A DNA stretch of 64,000 bases from an uncultured Fibrobacterota bacterium (GTDB taxonomy: Bacteria > Fibrobacterota > Chitinivibrionia > Chitinivibrionales > FEN-1185): contig CAVWBU010000027.1 in NCBI GenBank assembly GCA_963753345.1, forward strand, positions 64,001 to 128,000, written 5' to 3'. The notes below the pieces were generated by a model. The model had not been told where the DNA came from and did not search any database. It saw only the letters and a list, made by a program, of their open reading frames with translations. This document shows, in pieces, positions 41,928 through 52,011 of this stretch (position 1 is its first letter; each line of letters opens with the position of its first letter). The position numbers and the translations under genes were made by a program.

Positions 41928-44315
41928 TCAGAAATTGAACATAAACGACGCTCTCCATTGGCCGTCGCGCGAACCGTTGCTTCCGTCGGGCGACTCAATG
42001 CCTTTCATGAACCCTTCGGGCGAATAAATGAACGACCAGTCGAAATTAATGTTCGCGTATCTGAAGCCGAGCCCGAACGTGAGCTCGAAACGGCGCCCTG
42101 CATAATCATAAAGGTGTCCCACGCGGAGCGCAAGCATGTTTGCGTACCAAAACTCTATGCCGCCATGGAGATTTATTTCTTCGAGGTTGCTCAGCAGGGT
42201 GGGGTAGTCCTCCTTGTCGTCAAGCATGCCGGTCCAGATCGCCGTATAGAAAGGATCGGGCTGTTTGTCCGGATAGTTTTTCACTATTTCGCGCTCCGCG
42301 TCGAACACCAAGCGAAGATCGAGAAATGGCGTCTGAATCGGCTTGTAGGACAAGCCAAGCCTTATCGTAAAGGGGATAGGATCCTGCTCTTGCGGGGAGA
42401 TGTAATAGATGGAGGGTCCCATGTTTTGAAGCATGAGACCAACGTCGAAATTCTTAAAGAGTAAATTTCTTTTGAGCAGGGCCGCGTCAACGGCGAACGT
42501 CATGCCCGTTCCTTCGTCACCGGGGCCGGAGCCGGGGGCCAGCGCGCTGTTCGCGTATTTGATATTCATGCCAACCGAAAAATCGTGGGCGAGGGACAGG
42601 CCGTACGAAAGCCCGAACACGCCCTCCCACGAACGGTATTCGGCGATTTCAACGCCCTGCTCGTTGGTGGAGGTATTGACGCCGAAATTGATGAAATTGA
42701 CCGACAGTCCGAGAGTGCCCCAGTCTTCCGTGGGAAGCACATAAGCAAGGTACACATGCCACAGATCGGGGATCTTGAAAGCGGGAAGCAGGGGTTCGTA
42801 GAAAACGAACACCTGCTGATTGGCATATTCGTATTTGTTAACAGCCTGTTTGGTGGCAAGCCACACGTCGTTTCCCTGAGTCGTAACCGCCTGAACGTCG
42901 TCGCCTTTGAGCGCGTTCTTGGAATGAAAGACTTTCCAGTCGGGCGGAGGCTGGTGGGTATTCCCGTGCGAATCCGTGCGCGTTTTCCCCTGATGGAACG
43001 AAATTGCGCCCTTGTTGGTGCCTATCCAGATGCCGCCGTTGGGCTGTTCCACAATTGAAGAAACGGTGGAGCCGGGGAATTTGTACCTTCGCCAGACAGT
43101 CTCGTCGAATATTGAAACGCCGTTCACGCCGCCCACCCACAGCCTGCCTTTCGAATCGACGAACAGCGCCCGGACGTCAGGATCCAAAAGTCCGTTGGCG
43201 GTGTCGACAACCGTCCACGCGGAATCCTTGCGGACCGCCAGGCCGCGGTGTGTGCCGACATACAGTGCGTCCCCTTTGCCGCAGGCGACCGCGGTTACCC
43301 CGGAATCCGGAAAACCGGAGGGAGGGCTTATGCGCGTCCATTTCCCATCGTCGTACGCAGCCAGGCCTTCATCGGTTCCCGCAAAAAATGTCCCGGAATG
43401 TCCGATACAGACGGCGGTTACGTAATTCGAGGGGAGTCCGTCGGCTTCCGAAAAGTAGTTCCATACCGAACCGTCGTATCGCCACAGCCCGTGCTGGGTG
43501 CCCGCCCACATGCGGTCGATTGAGTCAAGTGCCATTGTGGTGACGCCTTCGTCAACGGCGATCCGGAAGGGGACTTTAAGCTCCACGAGATCCTCAAACT
43601 GGAGGTCCTTCTTGGACAGGATCTTGACGATTTCATCGGCCATGGAGCTTGCTTTGAGTGAATCAACCTTGGTGGCGATTTTTCCGTAGATTTCTGCGGC
43701 CGTCCTGTCGCTTTTGGAAAGCGCCATGATGTCGTCCGCAAGATCGTCCAGGGAGAAGTTCTTCGCTTTCTGGATGGAATCCGTCACTTCCTTGCGCAGG
43801 TACTGTTGCAGCGCGCCGGTCCGCACCGCCTCGATCTTGTTCGCCTTCATGAGAATCATGACGGCGTGGCGGATAAGCGCGTCGTTGTCGATCGACAGGT
43901 ACTTCTTTGCCACGCTCTGCAGATTGTCGCCCTGAACAATGAGGTGGCGTTCATACGATTCCCACGCTTTGCCGTTGAAACGTATCACCCCGTGGTTTGT
44001 TCCCGCCCATATCTTCTCATTCATCCCGAAGGTTTTCCTGCGCTTTGACGCGATAGCCGTGAGGACGTCACCCGTGCTCATGGAATAGGCTTTCCAGGAA
44101 TTCGACATGGGGTCCTGGCCGAGCCCGGCCGGGTTGAAAAAGGTGGCGTTTGCGTCGTCAGCCACGCCGGTGAAAGCTTCGCCGAGGCCGGTTGCGCGTG
44201 CGCCCGGCGGGAAAACAAGGGTGATGACGGCGGACTGTCCCACGGCGTGGACGCCTGACACCAGGGCGCACAGCGCGAAAGGTACTGCAAGATATTTTAC
44301 AACGGGGAATCGCAT
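41928..44315 (-). CDS. PorV/PorQ-family barrel with inserted LysM-like and Reg_prop beta-propeller region
   Basis: GARATGLGEAFTGVADDANATFFNPAGL N-terminus; IVQGDNLQSVAKKY; DGLPSNYVTAV, NGLLDPDVRALFVDSKGRLWVG; barrel C-terminus ending MFNF. Confidence 0.82.
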   Translation of the reverse strand: MRFPVVKYLAVPFALCALVSGVHAVGQSAVITLVFPPGARATGLGEAFTGVADDANATFFNPAGLGQDPMSNSWKAYSMSTGDVLTAIASKRRKTFGMNEKIWAGTNHGVIRFNGKAWESYERHLIVQGDNLQSVAKKYLSIDNDALIRHAVMILMKANKIEAVRTGALQQYLRKEVTDSIQKAKNFSLDDLADDIMALSKSDRTAAEIYGKIATKVDSLKASSMADEIVKILSKKDLQFEDLVELKVPFRIAVDEGVTTMALDSIDRMWAGTQHGLWRYDGSVWNYFSEADGLPSNYVTAVCIGHSGTFFAGTDEGLAAYDDGKWTRISPPSGFPDSGVTAVACGKGDALYVGTHRGLAVRKDSAWTVVDTANGLLDPDVRALFVDSKGRLWVGGVNGVSIFDETVWRRYKFPGSTVSSIVEQPNGGIWIGTNKGAISFHQGKTRTDSHGNTHQPPPDWKVFHSKNALKGDDVQAVTTQGNDVWLATKQAVNKYEYANQQVFVFYEPLLPAFKIPDLWHVYLAYVLPTEDWGTLGLSVNFINFGVNTSTNEQGVEIAEYRSWEGVFGLSYGLSLAHDFSVGMNIKYANSALAPGSGPGDEGTGMTFAVDAALLKRNLLFKNFDVGLMLQNMGPSIYYISPQEQDPIPFTIRLGLSYKPIQTPFLDLRLVFDAEREIVKNYPDKQPDPFYTAIWTGMLDDKEDYPTLLSNLEEINLHGGIEFWYANMLALRVGHLYDYAGRRFELTFGLGFRYANINFDWSFIYSPEGFMKGIESPDGSNGSRDGQWRASFMFNF

Positions 44316-44454
44316 GACAGACTACCTCTGCTCCCTTTCTGTTGCCATGGCATCGGGGACGACGGCCGGTTGCTGCGGTGCATCGGCGGTGCGTCCGCGG
44401 GGGAGGAAAACGGCTCCGCCCCGGTGGCCGGTGCATTGCGTCCTTGCAGTGCTG

Positions 44455-45066
44455 CTAGTGGTCCGGACGGTAACTCGTGGAAAATGGGGTCTCAATTCTG
44501 GTGATCTCTTTCCACTCTGGCAGAGGAACTATTTCCCCGCTGCGAAATAACGGCAACATCCCGATCTCGGTGGTTTCGCGGAGCTTGTCTTTTCCCTGAT
44601 ACTTGCAAAGTTGACATCCGCAACCAAGGTGAAATGGAGGAATGACCTGAGGGTACTGAAAAATCTGTTCCCTCGTGACAAACCGGCCCTTGTGAATAAT
44701 CTTCGAGCATACAGGGTCGTCCCACTTGAAATCAAAGTAGTAGAACTCCGTGCCATCCTTGTCGCCCTGCTCGATCTCGCGTATGTTGGCCTCCATCTGG
44801 TCGTTCCACGCGGCGATGAGCTTCTCCGGACCGCCAAACGACATATTTACGTTTTTATCAATAAGATATTTGCGGATTTCTTCCTGCGAGGGCTTGTAGT
44901 CGCCGATGTTTTCGCGGGGGCTTCGCCGGATGATGGAGAAAATGCCGCTCCCGTGGATCATGGGGGACGGAACCTCCTCTTCCGGTTTCTCGCGTTTCAT
45001 GCCGATTCTGACCGCCAGCAGCAGGGCGAGCAGAAGCAGCAGGATTCCGACAACGGCAAGAATCAT
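44455..45066 (-). CDS. Hypothetical membrane-anchored protein with PPFHLGCGC motif
   Basis: N-terminal TM; 203 aa; fills the gap between porV and icd on the same strand. Confidence 0.75.
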   Translation of the reverse strand: MILAVVGILLLLLALLLAVRIGMKREKPEEEVPSPMIHGSGIFSIIRRSPRENIGDYKPSQEEIRKYLIDKNVNMSFGGPEKLIAAWNDQMEANIREIEQGDKDGTEFYYFDFKWDDPVCSKIIHKGRFVTREQIFQYPQVIPPFHLGCGCQLCKYQGKDKLRETTEIGMLPLFRSGEIVPLPEWKEITRIETPFSTSYRPDH

Positions 45067-45154
45067 GGAAAAACCGTTCGTTGCCGCGGCGCAGGGCCGC
45101 GTATCATGCTAAAACTAATTCGTCCTGGTTCGGCAATCAACAACCGCGGAGGCG

Positions 45155-46360
45155 TCACATCTTTTCGATGACGGCATTGCCAAATTCCGAGCATTTCAGT
45201 TCAGTCGCATTGTCCATGAGCCGCGCAAAATCATAGGTGACCGTGCGCTCCCGTATCGCGCCTTCCACTCCCTTTAAAACCAGATCTGCGGCTTCGGTCC
45301 ACGAAAGGTATCTCAGCATCATCTCTCCCGATAGGATAAGAGATGTCGGATTCACCTTGTCGAGATTCGCATACTTTGGCGCCGTGCCGTGCGTGGCTTC
45401 GAAGATGGCATGGCCCGTAACATAGTTGATGTTCGCGCCCGGCGCTATGCCGATGCCGCCGACCTGCGCTGCGAGCGCGTCGGAAATGTAATCGCCGTTG
45501 AGGTTCATGGTGGCGATGACGTCGAATTCGGCGGCGCGGGTGATGGACTGCTGGAAGAAAATGTCTGCGATAACGTCTTTGACAAGAAGTTTTCCTGCGG
45601 GCGCGGCACCGTTGCATTCCTCCCACGATACGACGGCCCCGCCGAATTCCTGTTTCGCAACCTCGTAGCCCCAGCGGCAGAATGCGCCTTCGGTGAATTT
45701 CTGGATATTGCCCTTGTGGACCAGGGTCACGCTGGCGCGGCGGTTCTCCACCGCATAGCGCAGGGCGGCGCGCACCAGACGCTTGGACCCCGATTCCGAA
45801 ACCGGCTTGATGCCGATGCCTGAATCCTCGCGGATGTCCCAGCCGTATTCTGAGCGTAAAAACCCCAGCAGTTTTTTTGCACCGGCGGATCCCGATTCCA
45901 GCTCCTTGCCGCTGTAGACGTCCTCGGTGTTTTCTCTGAACACGACCATGTTCACTTTTTCGGGGTGGCGAACAGGGGAGGGAACGCCCGGGAAGTGACG
46001 TATCGGCCTCAAGCACACGTACAGATCCAGAATCTGCCGCAGGGCGACATTGAGCGAACGGATGCCGCCGCCCACCGGCGTCGTGAGCGGCCCCTTGAGG
46101 CCTACACGGTATTCTTTGAATTCGTCAAGCGTTTCCTGGGGGAGCCAGTTTTTTGTCTTTGTAAAGGCCTTTTCGCCCGCAAGAACTTCTCTCCACGAGA
46201 TTCCGCGGCGGCCGCCGTAGGCTTTTGCAACGGCCTGATCGAGGACGTGTTTTGCCGCGCGCCATATGTCCGGCCCTATGCCGTCACCTTCGATGAACGG
46301 TACTACCGGGTTGTCCGGAACAAAAAGCCTGCCGTCTTTCTGCGATATTTTTTCTGTCAT
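45155..46360 (-). CDS. icd: Isocitrate dehydrogenase (NADP-dependent, E. coli type)
   Basis: [61 protein letters not shown]. Confidence 0.97.
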   Translation of the reverse strand: MTEKISQKDGRLFVPDNPVVPFIEGDGIGPDIWRAAKHVLDQAVAKAYGGRRGISWREVLAGEKAFTKTKNWLPQETLDEFKEYRVGLKGPLTTPVGGGIRSLNVALRQILDLYVCLRPIRHFPGVPSPVRHPEKVNMVVFRENTEDVYSGKELESGSAGAKKLLGFLRSEYGWDIREDSGIGIKPVSESGSKRLVRAALRYAVENRRASVTLVHKGNIQKFTEGAFCRWGYEVAKQEFGGAVVSWEECNGAAPAGKLLVKDVIADIFFQQSITRAAEFDVIATMNLNGDYISDALAAQVGGIGIAPGANINYVTGHAIFEATHGTAPKYANLDKVNPTSLILSGEMMLRYLSWTEAADLVLKGVEGAIRERTVTYDFARLMDNATELKCSEFGNAVIEKM

Positions 46361-46566
46361 AGCCTCGTCCGCAATTGCGGCGGACATCTCCAATCACGTC
46401 ATCTCACCACGAGCTTTGCACAATAAAACGGGCTTCCGGAGATTGTGCGCACCAACTCACACCCTTACCGCATACTGTTGGAGCCGGTGGAACGGAATCC
46501 CTGAAAACCCTGCCGAATGGCCTCATGAAAATACTCTATATCCCGGCATTCCAACAAGGGAAAGTG

Positions 46567-46596
46567 TTGACACCAAAAGGGGATAGAAACTATCTT
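46567..46596 (+). promoter_or_regulatory. Sigma70 promoter for tRNA-Gly
   Basis: TTGACA-18 nt-TATCTT about 40 nt upstream of the tRNA. Confidence 0.55.
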
Positions 46597-46636
46597 AAAA
46601 CCTGTTCCGCCGGGCGAGATTGGCCGTCGTTTATAT

Positions 46637-46708
46637 GCGGGAGTAACTCAACGGTAGAGTGTCACCTTCCCAAGGTGAAGGTTGCGGGTTCGATGCCCGT
46701 CTCCCGCT
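46637..46708 (+). tRNA. tRNA-Gly (CCC); CCA not encoded
   Basis: GCGGGAG/CTCCCGC acceptor stem, CTC-AACGGTA-GAG D arm, TCACC-TTCCCAA-GGTGA anticodon arm, GCGGG-TTCGATG-CCCGT T arm. Confidence 0.95.
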
Positions 46709-46728
46709 TTTTACAAAGTCAAAGCTTA

Positions 46729-46818
46729 AATGCGTATATGCGTGAAAGCGTGTATGCGGCAAACCGGCAGCTCCGCCGGTCTTGGCGCATCTATGCATAT
46801 ACGCGTTCACGCATTTAC
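46729..46818. repeat. Inverted pair of 8-nt tandem repeats (TATGCGTG-like)
   Basis: aatgcgta tatgcgtg aaagcgtg tatgcggc ... tatgcata tacgcgtt cacgcatt. Confidence 0.6.
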
Positions 46819-47375
46819 AATCTCGGTTTGCACACGATCTCGTGGACCTTGAGCTCGAAGAAACTCTGCGCATTCGCAGGCGTCAAGACAACCGCGGTGT
46901 CGCATCCGCTGCCCGTTCCCGCTATACAGAGCGCTTCCCGCTTCGTCGACACAAGGCCCGCATCCGCAGCCATGACCGCGATTTCCACGCATACCTTGAA
47001 TCCTTGGCCCATGGTGCGGAGCGTATAGGCGAGAATCTCGTCAAGCTGGTAGGTGTTCAGCTTGCGGCGCACGGCCCGGTTCACACCGCCAAAAGCGTGC
47101 TGACAGGTAAGAACGCGACAACCTGCACCTTCGAGTTTCACCCTTCGTTTAGGAGAAAGCTCCTGTAAGTCGTTCCCGTCAAAACCGGTTGAATGTGTGA
47201 CACATATGATAGTATTCATCTCAAATAACTTTAAGGCCTTAAGAGCTGTTGCACCGGTCGATGATGCCACCGCGATTGTTCCGATGGAAAGCTCGCAGGC
47301 TCGCTTGGCTGCAAGCGCAAGGGTCGCGGCGGTATTTGAAGGACCGGGTCTGCTGAAATAGATGATGTCCGACAT
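46815..47375 (-). CDS. Stand-alone pyruvate kinase C-terminal-like alpha/beta domain protein
   Basis: YFSRPGPSNT, VASSTGATA, VTHSTGF, GQGFKVCVEIAVMAADAG, GTGSGCDTA. Confidence 0.88.
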   Translation of the reverse strand: MSDIIYFSRPGPSNTAATLALAAKRACELSIGTIAVASSTGATALKALKLFEMNTIICVTHSTGFDGNDLQELSPKRRVKLEGAGCRVLTCQHAFGGVNRAVRRKLNTYQLDEILAYTLRTMGQGFKVCVEIAVMAADAGLVSTKREALCIAGTGSGCDTAVVLTPANAQSFFELKVHEIVCKPRL

Positions 47376-47390
47376 TGCAGGATACCCCTT

Positions 47391-47428
47391 TAAAAAAAGA
47401 ACTCCCGCCTTTGGAGAACGACGGGAGC
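47391..47428 (-). terminator. Intrinsic terminator after the Gld-like operon
   Basis: CTCCCG...CGGGAG stem followed by a T run on the minus strand. Confidence 0.55.
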
Positions 47429-47456
47429 TGATGATACGACCGTTGTATTGCCGGAA

Positions 47457-48590
47457 CTATTTGCCCGCTTTTGCCGCTGCCTTTTTCTGTGCAGCCTTTT
47501 TCTTGTCGTTCTTTGCTCCGGCCGGAGTGATCTTGGGCGCGGGTTCAGGTTTCTTTTCCGGAATGCCGCGCAGCGCGTTCAGGCTCCGGTCGATGTTCTC
47601 GATGTTGTATTTGTAAATGAGGAACGTTGCCGATTTGTCGGACGACCGGACCCACCGCTTCCCTTCCGAACCCTTTTCATTGCCGATGAAAACCGATTTT
47701 CTGTCGCCGTTTTCAAACGACAGGCTGACCTGCAGAAAGGGTTTGGTGAATCCAAGGCTGTCCGCGGTGATGGCGGTATCTTCCTCGAAATCCGCGGCCG
47801 AGAAGTTCGCAAGCGTGTTGAGTATCTTGTCAACTTCGGAATTCCTCGCGCTGTCCTTGACCGGTGACGTTATCCGCCACACGGGCCGCCCGGTGGTGTC
47901 CTTGGGAGACGGGGCAACAAGCGACAGGAGAATTGAGGCGCTGTCGCGCTTCGCAAGTTCGATGCCCTTCACGAAGCCGCGGTCGAATTTGCTGATGACC
48001 TTGTTTTTCCACCGGGATCTGTCGGTGAAAAAGGAGTTTTTAAGGCCGCCGCCCACGAGGTACACGTCGTCGCTTCCCTTCGCTCGCACAAAGTTGGATG
48101 ACCAGTCGGCGCCGCTTTTTCCCACATAGAACGTGCCGATGCAGGCCATTTTTGCGTTGTAGATGTCGACCCTGGTCGCCTGGATCGTGTCGACCTCCAG
48201 CTCCGCCTGTTTCTCACGATTCTGCGAAATGAGATCCTCTCGTTTCATGGATTTCAATTTGTCGATCGCCGTTTGGACAAAAGCGCTGTCGGCGGGGTAT
48301 TCGGATATTTTCCTCGCCTTGCCGGAAGAATCGGAAGAAAGAAACGACGGGGCCGTATTGTCGGAAGGCCTCCGGTTCATCACCACCCAGTCCTTGCCTC
48401 TGTGGACAAGGAAAACCGAGTCTCGCAGGTCCTTTGCAACGATCATTCCGCAGTCGGTTTCGGAAAACTGCGGGAACCAGGCCAGGGAATCTTCCGACGG
48501 CCGCCGGTTGCTCAACTGGTTCGCGACGATGATGATGCCGACAAGCACGGCGAGAATAACCGCAAGTAAAGGGAGATGCTTCATATTCAT
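47457..48590 (-). CDS. DUF4340-like membrane-anchored protein
   Basis: N-terminal TM, two repeated domains, typical position after GldG. Confidence 0.75.
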   Translation of the reverse strand: MNMKHLPLLAVILAVLVGIIIVANQLSNRRPSEDSLAWFPQFSETDCGMIVAKDLRDSVFLVHRGKDWVVMNRRPSDNTAPSFLSSDSSGKARKISEYPADSAFVQTAIDKLKSMKREDLISQNREKQAELEVDTIQATRVDIYNAKMACIGTFYVGKSGADWSSNFVRAKGSDDVYLVGGGLKNSFFTDRSRWKNKVISKFDRGFVKGIELAKRDSASILLSLVAPSPKDTTGRPVWRITSPVKDSARNSEVDKILNTLANFSAADFEEDTAITADSLGFTKPFLQVSLSFENGDRKSVFIGNEKGSEGKRWVRSSDKSATFLIYKYNIENIDRSLNALRGIPEKKPEPAPKITPAGAKNDKKKAAQKKAAAKAGK

Positions 48591-50338
48591 TTTGTTTTTT
48601 CCTCCGTTTTTTCCGTGAGTGCGGGCGCGGAAACCATTTCACGCCGCCCGAAGAAAATAAGAAGGCCTACGATTATCACGATGACCGGCATGAGGAGAAT
48701 GTTGACATACCGGATCACGTTCGACGTTGCAGAACCTTCCTTGAGGTTGTCCTTCGACAGGGTGCGGTCGACCATGGTGCGCGTCCGGATGCTGATGAGA
48801 TTGTCGCCGGTGGACAGCCAGTCCACAACGTTGAGCAGGAAAGCCACGTTGCCCTGCATGGCGAACTGGCCGGAGAGAAAAGCAGATTCGCCGACGACAA
48901 CAAGATGGCGTCCCTTGTTTTCCGTAACGATTGACCGGTTCTTTGCCGTGCTGTCGGACAACAGCGCAATCTTGTGCAGCGAATCCTTGGCCGCCGAAAG
49001 GTCGGGTTCCTTCACAGGTGGAATCGGTTTCCCTGCAAAGTAGCTCTTGAAGTTGCCGTTCAGGTACACCGCAAGCCTGCTCTGTTTGAACCCCTGCTGG
49101 GGTGTTGTCCATTTCTGCTGCGGATTGAGATCGAATGAGCCGCCCACCACCCAGCTCTTGGGCGATGACGTGATGAGAACCGTGCCGGTGACCGCTCCGG
49201 AATCTTTCGCGCTTGCGGCACCTTTTTCCGGAACAAGGAGCGCCACGGGACTCACCCACGGCAGGATCATCTCATTAAGCGTGGACACCGCCGGATTGTT
49301 CTTGTTGAGGTCCTCACGGATGATTCTCACAAAATACGGGTAGTTCATGGCAACGTTCATCTGGAAGGGCCCCACGCGCTGGGGGATTTGGACCTGGCCG
49401 CAGGCCGCGTCGCACACAAGGTAATGCTCAACCCGTGCGCCGTAGTGCTCAAGGAGTTTCAGAATGCCAGGGTCCTGCGGCGCCGCAAACGCTCCATACT
49501 GAAAATTCACGCGGATGGCGTCAGCGCAGACGATGAGGTTTCCGCCCTTCATGAAATATTGGTCGATTTCGAAAAGGGTCCGGTTTGAAAACGACGTGCC
49601 GCCCGGCACGATGAGCGTCTTGATGTCCGGATCGATGGGCTTCCCGTCGGAGCAGGTGACCGTTTCGACGGTGTAGTTTTTCTCGAGGTTTTCGAAAATG
49701 GGTTTGTATTTCTCGTGCACTTCGTCGGGGTTGGCCGGCATCTGCTCCCTGTATTGCGGAGGGATAACGGGGAGCGTGTCGGTCTTGAGCACGCCGATCT
49801 TCGGGTTCTCTTTTCTGGAAACCTTCTGGATCGCTTGGGTGAGATCGTATTCCAGATTGGTGAGGTTCTGAACGACGGGCATCACTTCCTTCTTTGCGCC
49901 GTACAGCACCGCGATCCCCATGAAGCAGTTGACAACCTGCGCCTTGTCCTTTTCAAAGGTCTGCATCTGAAGTTCGGGAATTCCCATCTGGGTCACCTTG
50001 CGTTTTTCCTCTTCGCTTTTTCCCGGATCTTCGTAGCTGATCTGCAGGTTGTGCCCTGCATACGCCTTGTATTCGGACAGCATGTCGCGCACGTCCTTTT
50101 CAAGCGTCTTTACGTTGACGGGAAGGTTCTTGGAAAAGTAGACCTTGACGTTCACGATGTCGTCGAGCTTGCGCAAAACGTTTTTCGTCGCTTTTGATAC
50201 GCTGTACATCTTCTTCTCGGTGAGGTCGGCGCGCACGAAGAACTTTGTCGAGAGGTAATTGACGACGCAGATGAACCCGAGGATCACGAGCGCGTAAATG
50301 ACAAGCTGCGAACTGTTTCTGATTTTTCTGTTTTCCAT
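48587..50338 (-). CDS. GldG-family ABC accessory protein
   Basis: RADLTEKKMYSVSKAT, LEYDLT, IDQYFMKGG, NVVDWL, LISIRTR. Confidence 0.88.
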   Translation of the reverse strand: MENRKIRNSSQLVIYALVILGFICVVNYLSTKFFVRADLTEKKMYSVSKATKNVLRKLDDIVNVKVYFSKNLPVNVKTLEKDVRDMLSEYKAYAGHNLQISYEDPGKSEEEKRKVTQMGIPELQMQTFEKDKAQVVNCFMGIAVLYGAKKEVMPVVQNLTNLEYDLTQAIQKVSRKENPKIGVLKTDTLPVIPPQYREQMPANPDEVHEKYKPIFENLEKNYTVETVTCSDGKPIDPDIKTLIVPGGTSFSNRTLFEIDQYFMKGGNLIVCADAIRVNFQYGAFAAPQDPGILKLLEHYGARVEHYLVCDAACGQVQIPQRVGPFQMNVAMNYPYFVRIIREDLNKNNPAVSTLNEMILPWVSPVALLVPEKGAASAKDSGAVTGTVLITSSPKSWVVGGSFDLNPQQKWTTPQQGFKQSRLAVYLNGNFKSYFAGKPIPPVKEPDLSAAKDSLHKIALLSDSTAKNRSIVTENKGRHLVVVGESAFLSGQFAMQGNVAFLLNVVDWLSTGDNLISIRTRTMVDRTLSKDNLKEGSATSNVIRYVNILLMPVIVIIVGLLIFFGRREMVSAPALTEKTEEKTK

Positions 50339-50342
50339 TGTA

Positions 50343-51059
50343 TTACTCCCACTTCCTGCTGCCGAGCGAGCAGACATTCAAGAAAAGAAAGAACCCTACG
50401 ACCGAAAAGTAGTAAATGATGTCCCTGCTGTCGATGACGCCCCGGCTGATGCTTTCAAAATGACTGCCGAGCCCCACAAACGTGAAGAGGGGAGCGATAA
50501 ACGGAGGCAGAACCATGGTGACAAACGGGGTGCTTATGATAAAGAGAACAAAGGTCGCGACCGCTCCGATGATAAAAGCCACGATCTGGTTTTCCGTCGT
50601 CGAGGACACCCACAGGCCGATGGCAAGGTAGGCCGCCCCCATCAGGAGCGCCCCCAGGTACTGGCCCACGATCTGGCCCATGTCCGGGTGCCCGATGATC
50701 GCTATGGAGATCGGTATGGTGATGGACAGCACCACGACGATGGCGAGGAGGGCGAAACTGGCCAGGAACTTGCCCAGCACCACTTCGATGTCGCTTACCG
50801 GCCATGTGAGGAGCAGCTCGAGCGTTTTCACCTTCTTCTCTTCCGCCCACGATCGCATGGTGATCGCCGGCGCGAAAATAAGAAACACCCACGGCAGAAT
50901 ATCGAAATAACCGCGCATGTCGGCCTGATTGATAAGGAAGAATCCCTGGAAGAACAGGAACGCGGTAATAATGAGATACACGGTCATGAAGATGTACGCG
51001 ATGGGCGACAGGAAATAAGTCTTGAATTCTTTTTTAAATATTGCCGCAATGTTCTGCAT
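50343..51059 (-). CDS. GldF-like ABC-2 permease
   Basis: KEFKTYFLSPIAY, PAITMRSWAEEKK..TLELLLT, TENQIVA, RGVIDSRDIIY. Confidence 0.9.
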   Translation of the reverse strand: MQNIAAIFKKEFKTYFLSPIAYIFMTVYLIITAFLFFQGFFLINQADMRGYFDILPWVFLIFAPAITMRSWAEEKKVKTLELLLTWPVSDIEVVLGKFLASFALLAIVVVLSITIPISIAIIGHPDMGQIVGQYLGALLMGAAYLAIGLWVSSTTENQIVAFIIGAVATFVLFIISTPFVTMVLPPFIAPLFTFVGLGSHFESISRGVIDSRDIIYYFSVVGFFLFLNVCSLGSRKWE

Positions 51060-51063
51060 GGTC

Positions 51064-52011
51064 CTAACCCCTTGTAAGTTGTGTAAAGACGTCTTCGAGA
51101 CTCGCCGAATGCCGCTTGAGTTCGGCAAGGCTCCAACCGTTTTCGGAAACGCACTTGTATATTTTCTCGCCGACATCCTCCTTGCCCGACGTCACGGTCG
51201 CCTCGAGCCAATCGCCGGATTCCTGGATGGTGACCGCAGTCACGCCCGGAATCGCGGAGAGCTTCGATTGCACCTGCGCCTTCGTCCCCTTCACCTTGAG
51301 AACGAACCCGCCGGATTGCGACGCGTTTGAGGTGAGTTCGTCGGGCGTGCCTGAAGCGACGATGGACCCTTCGTTGATGATAAGGATGCGGTTGCACGTG
51401 GCGGCGACTTCCGACAGAATGTGCGAACAGTAGATGACGGTCTTTTCTTCGCCCATCTTCTTGATGAGCTGGCGTATTTCGATGATCTGGTTCGGGTCGA
51501 GGCCCGACATGGGTTCGTCGAGGATAAGAAGATCGGGGTTGTGCAGCATGGCCTGGGCAAGCCCGACGCGCTGTTTGAAGCCTTTTGAAAGTTTGCCCAC
51601 CTGGCGCTTTGCCATCTTGGTGAGACCGCACACCTGGAACATCTCGTCGATCCGGCTTTGCAGCTTTGCACCCTTGAGCCCGCGTATTTCGCCGACGAAT
51701 TTGAGGTACTCGTCCACCAGAACGTCCTGGTACAGCGGGTTGTTCTCGGGCAGGTAGCCGATTCTTTTCCGGACTTCGAGGTCGTTCTGGACCGTGTCCA
51801 TGCCCGAGACCTTCACGGTGCCGCTCGATGCGGGGATAAAGCAGGTGATGATGCGCATCGTTGTGGTTTTTCCCGCGCCGTTGGGTCCAAGAAAGCCCAG
51901 CACTTCGCCTTTTTTCACTTCAAAGGTGAGGTTTCTGATGGCGTGGACGTTGCCGAATTTCTTGTTGAGGTCTTTCACCTCGAGCATCACGGAATCGGAT
52001 GATTGAATCAT
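51064..52011 (-). CDS. GldA-like ABC ATP-binding protein
   Basis: [47 protein letters not shown]. Confidence 0.93.
   Translation of the reverse strand: MIQSSDSVMLEVKDLNKKFGNVHAIRNLTFEVKKGEVLGFLGPNGAGKTTTMRIITCFIPASSGTVKVSGMDTVQNDLEVRKRIGYLPENNPLYQDVLVDEYLKFVGEIRGLKGAKLQSRIDEMFQVCGLTKMAKRQVGKLSKGFKQRVGLAQAMLHNPDLLILDEPMSGLDPNQIIEIRQLIKKMGEEKTVIYCSHILSEVAATCNRILIINEGSIVASGTPDELTSNASQSGGFVLKVKGTKAQVQSKLSAIPGVTAVTIQESGDWLEATVTSGKEDVGEKIYKCVSENGWSLAELKRHSASLEDVFTQLTRG

Noticed and set aside
46637-46830. tRNA-Gly as an integration site for a genomic island
   Set aside because: No integrase nearby and no duplicated tRNA 3' end seen in the window.
47457-52011. GldA/F/G as evidence of Flavobacterium-type gliding
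   Set aside because: This ABC plus DUF4340 module is widespread in non-gliders, and no GldK-N or SprB genes are in the window.
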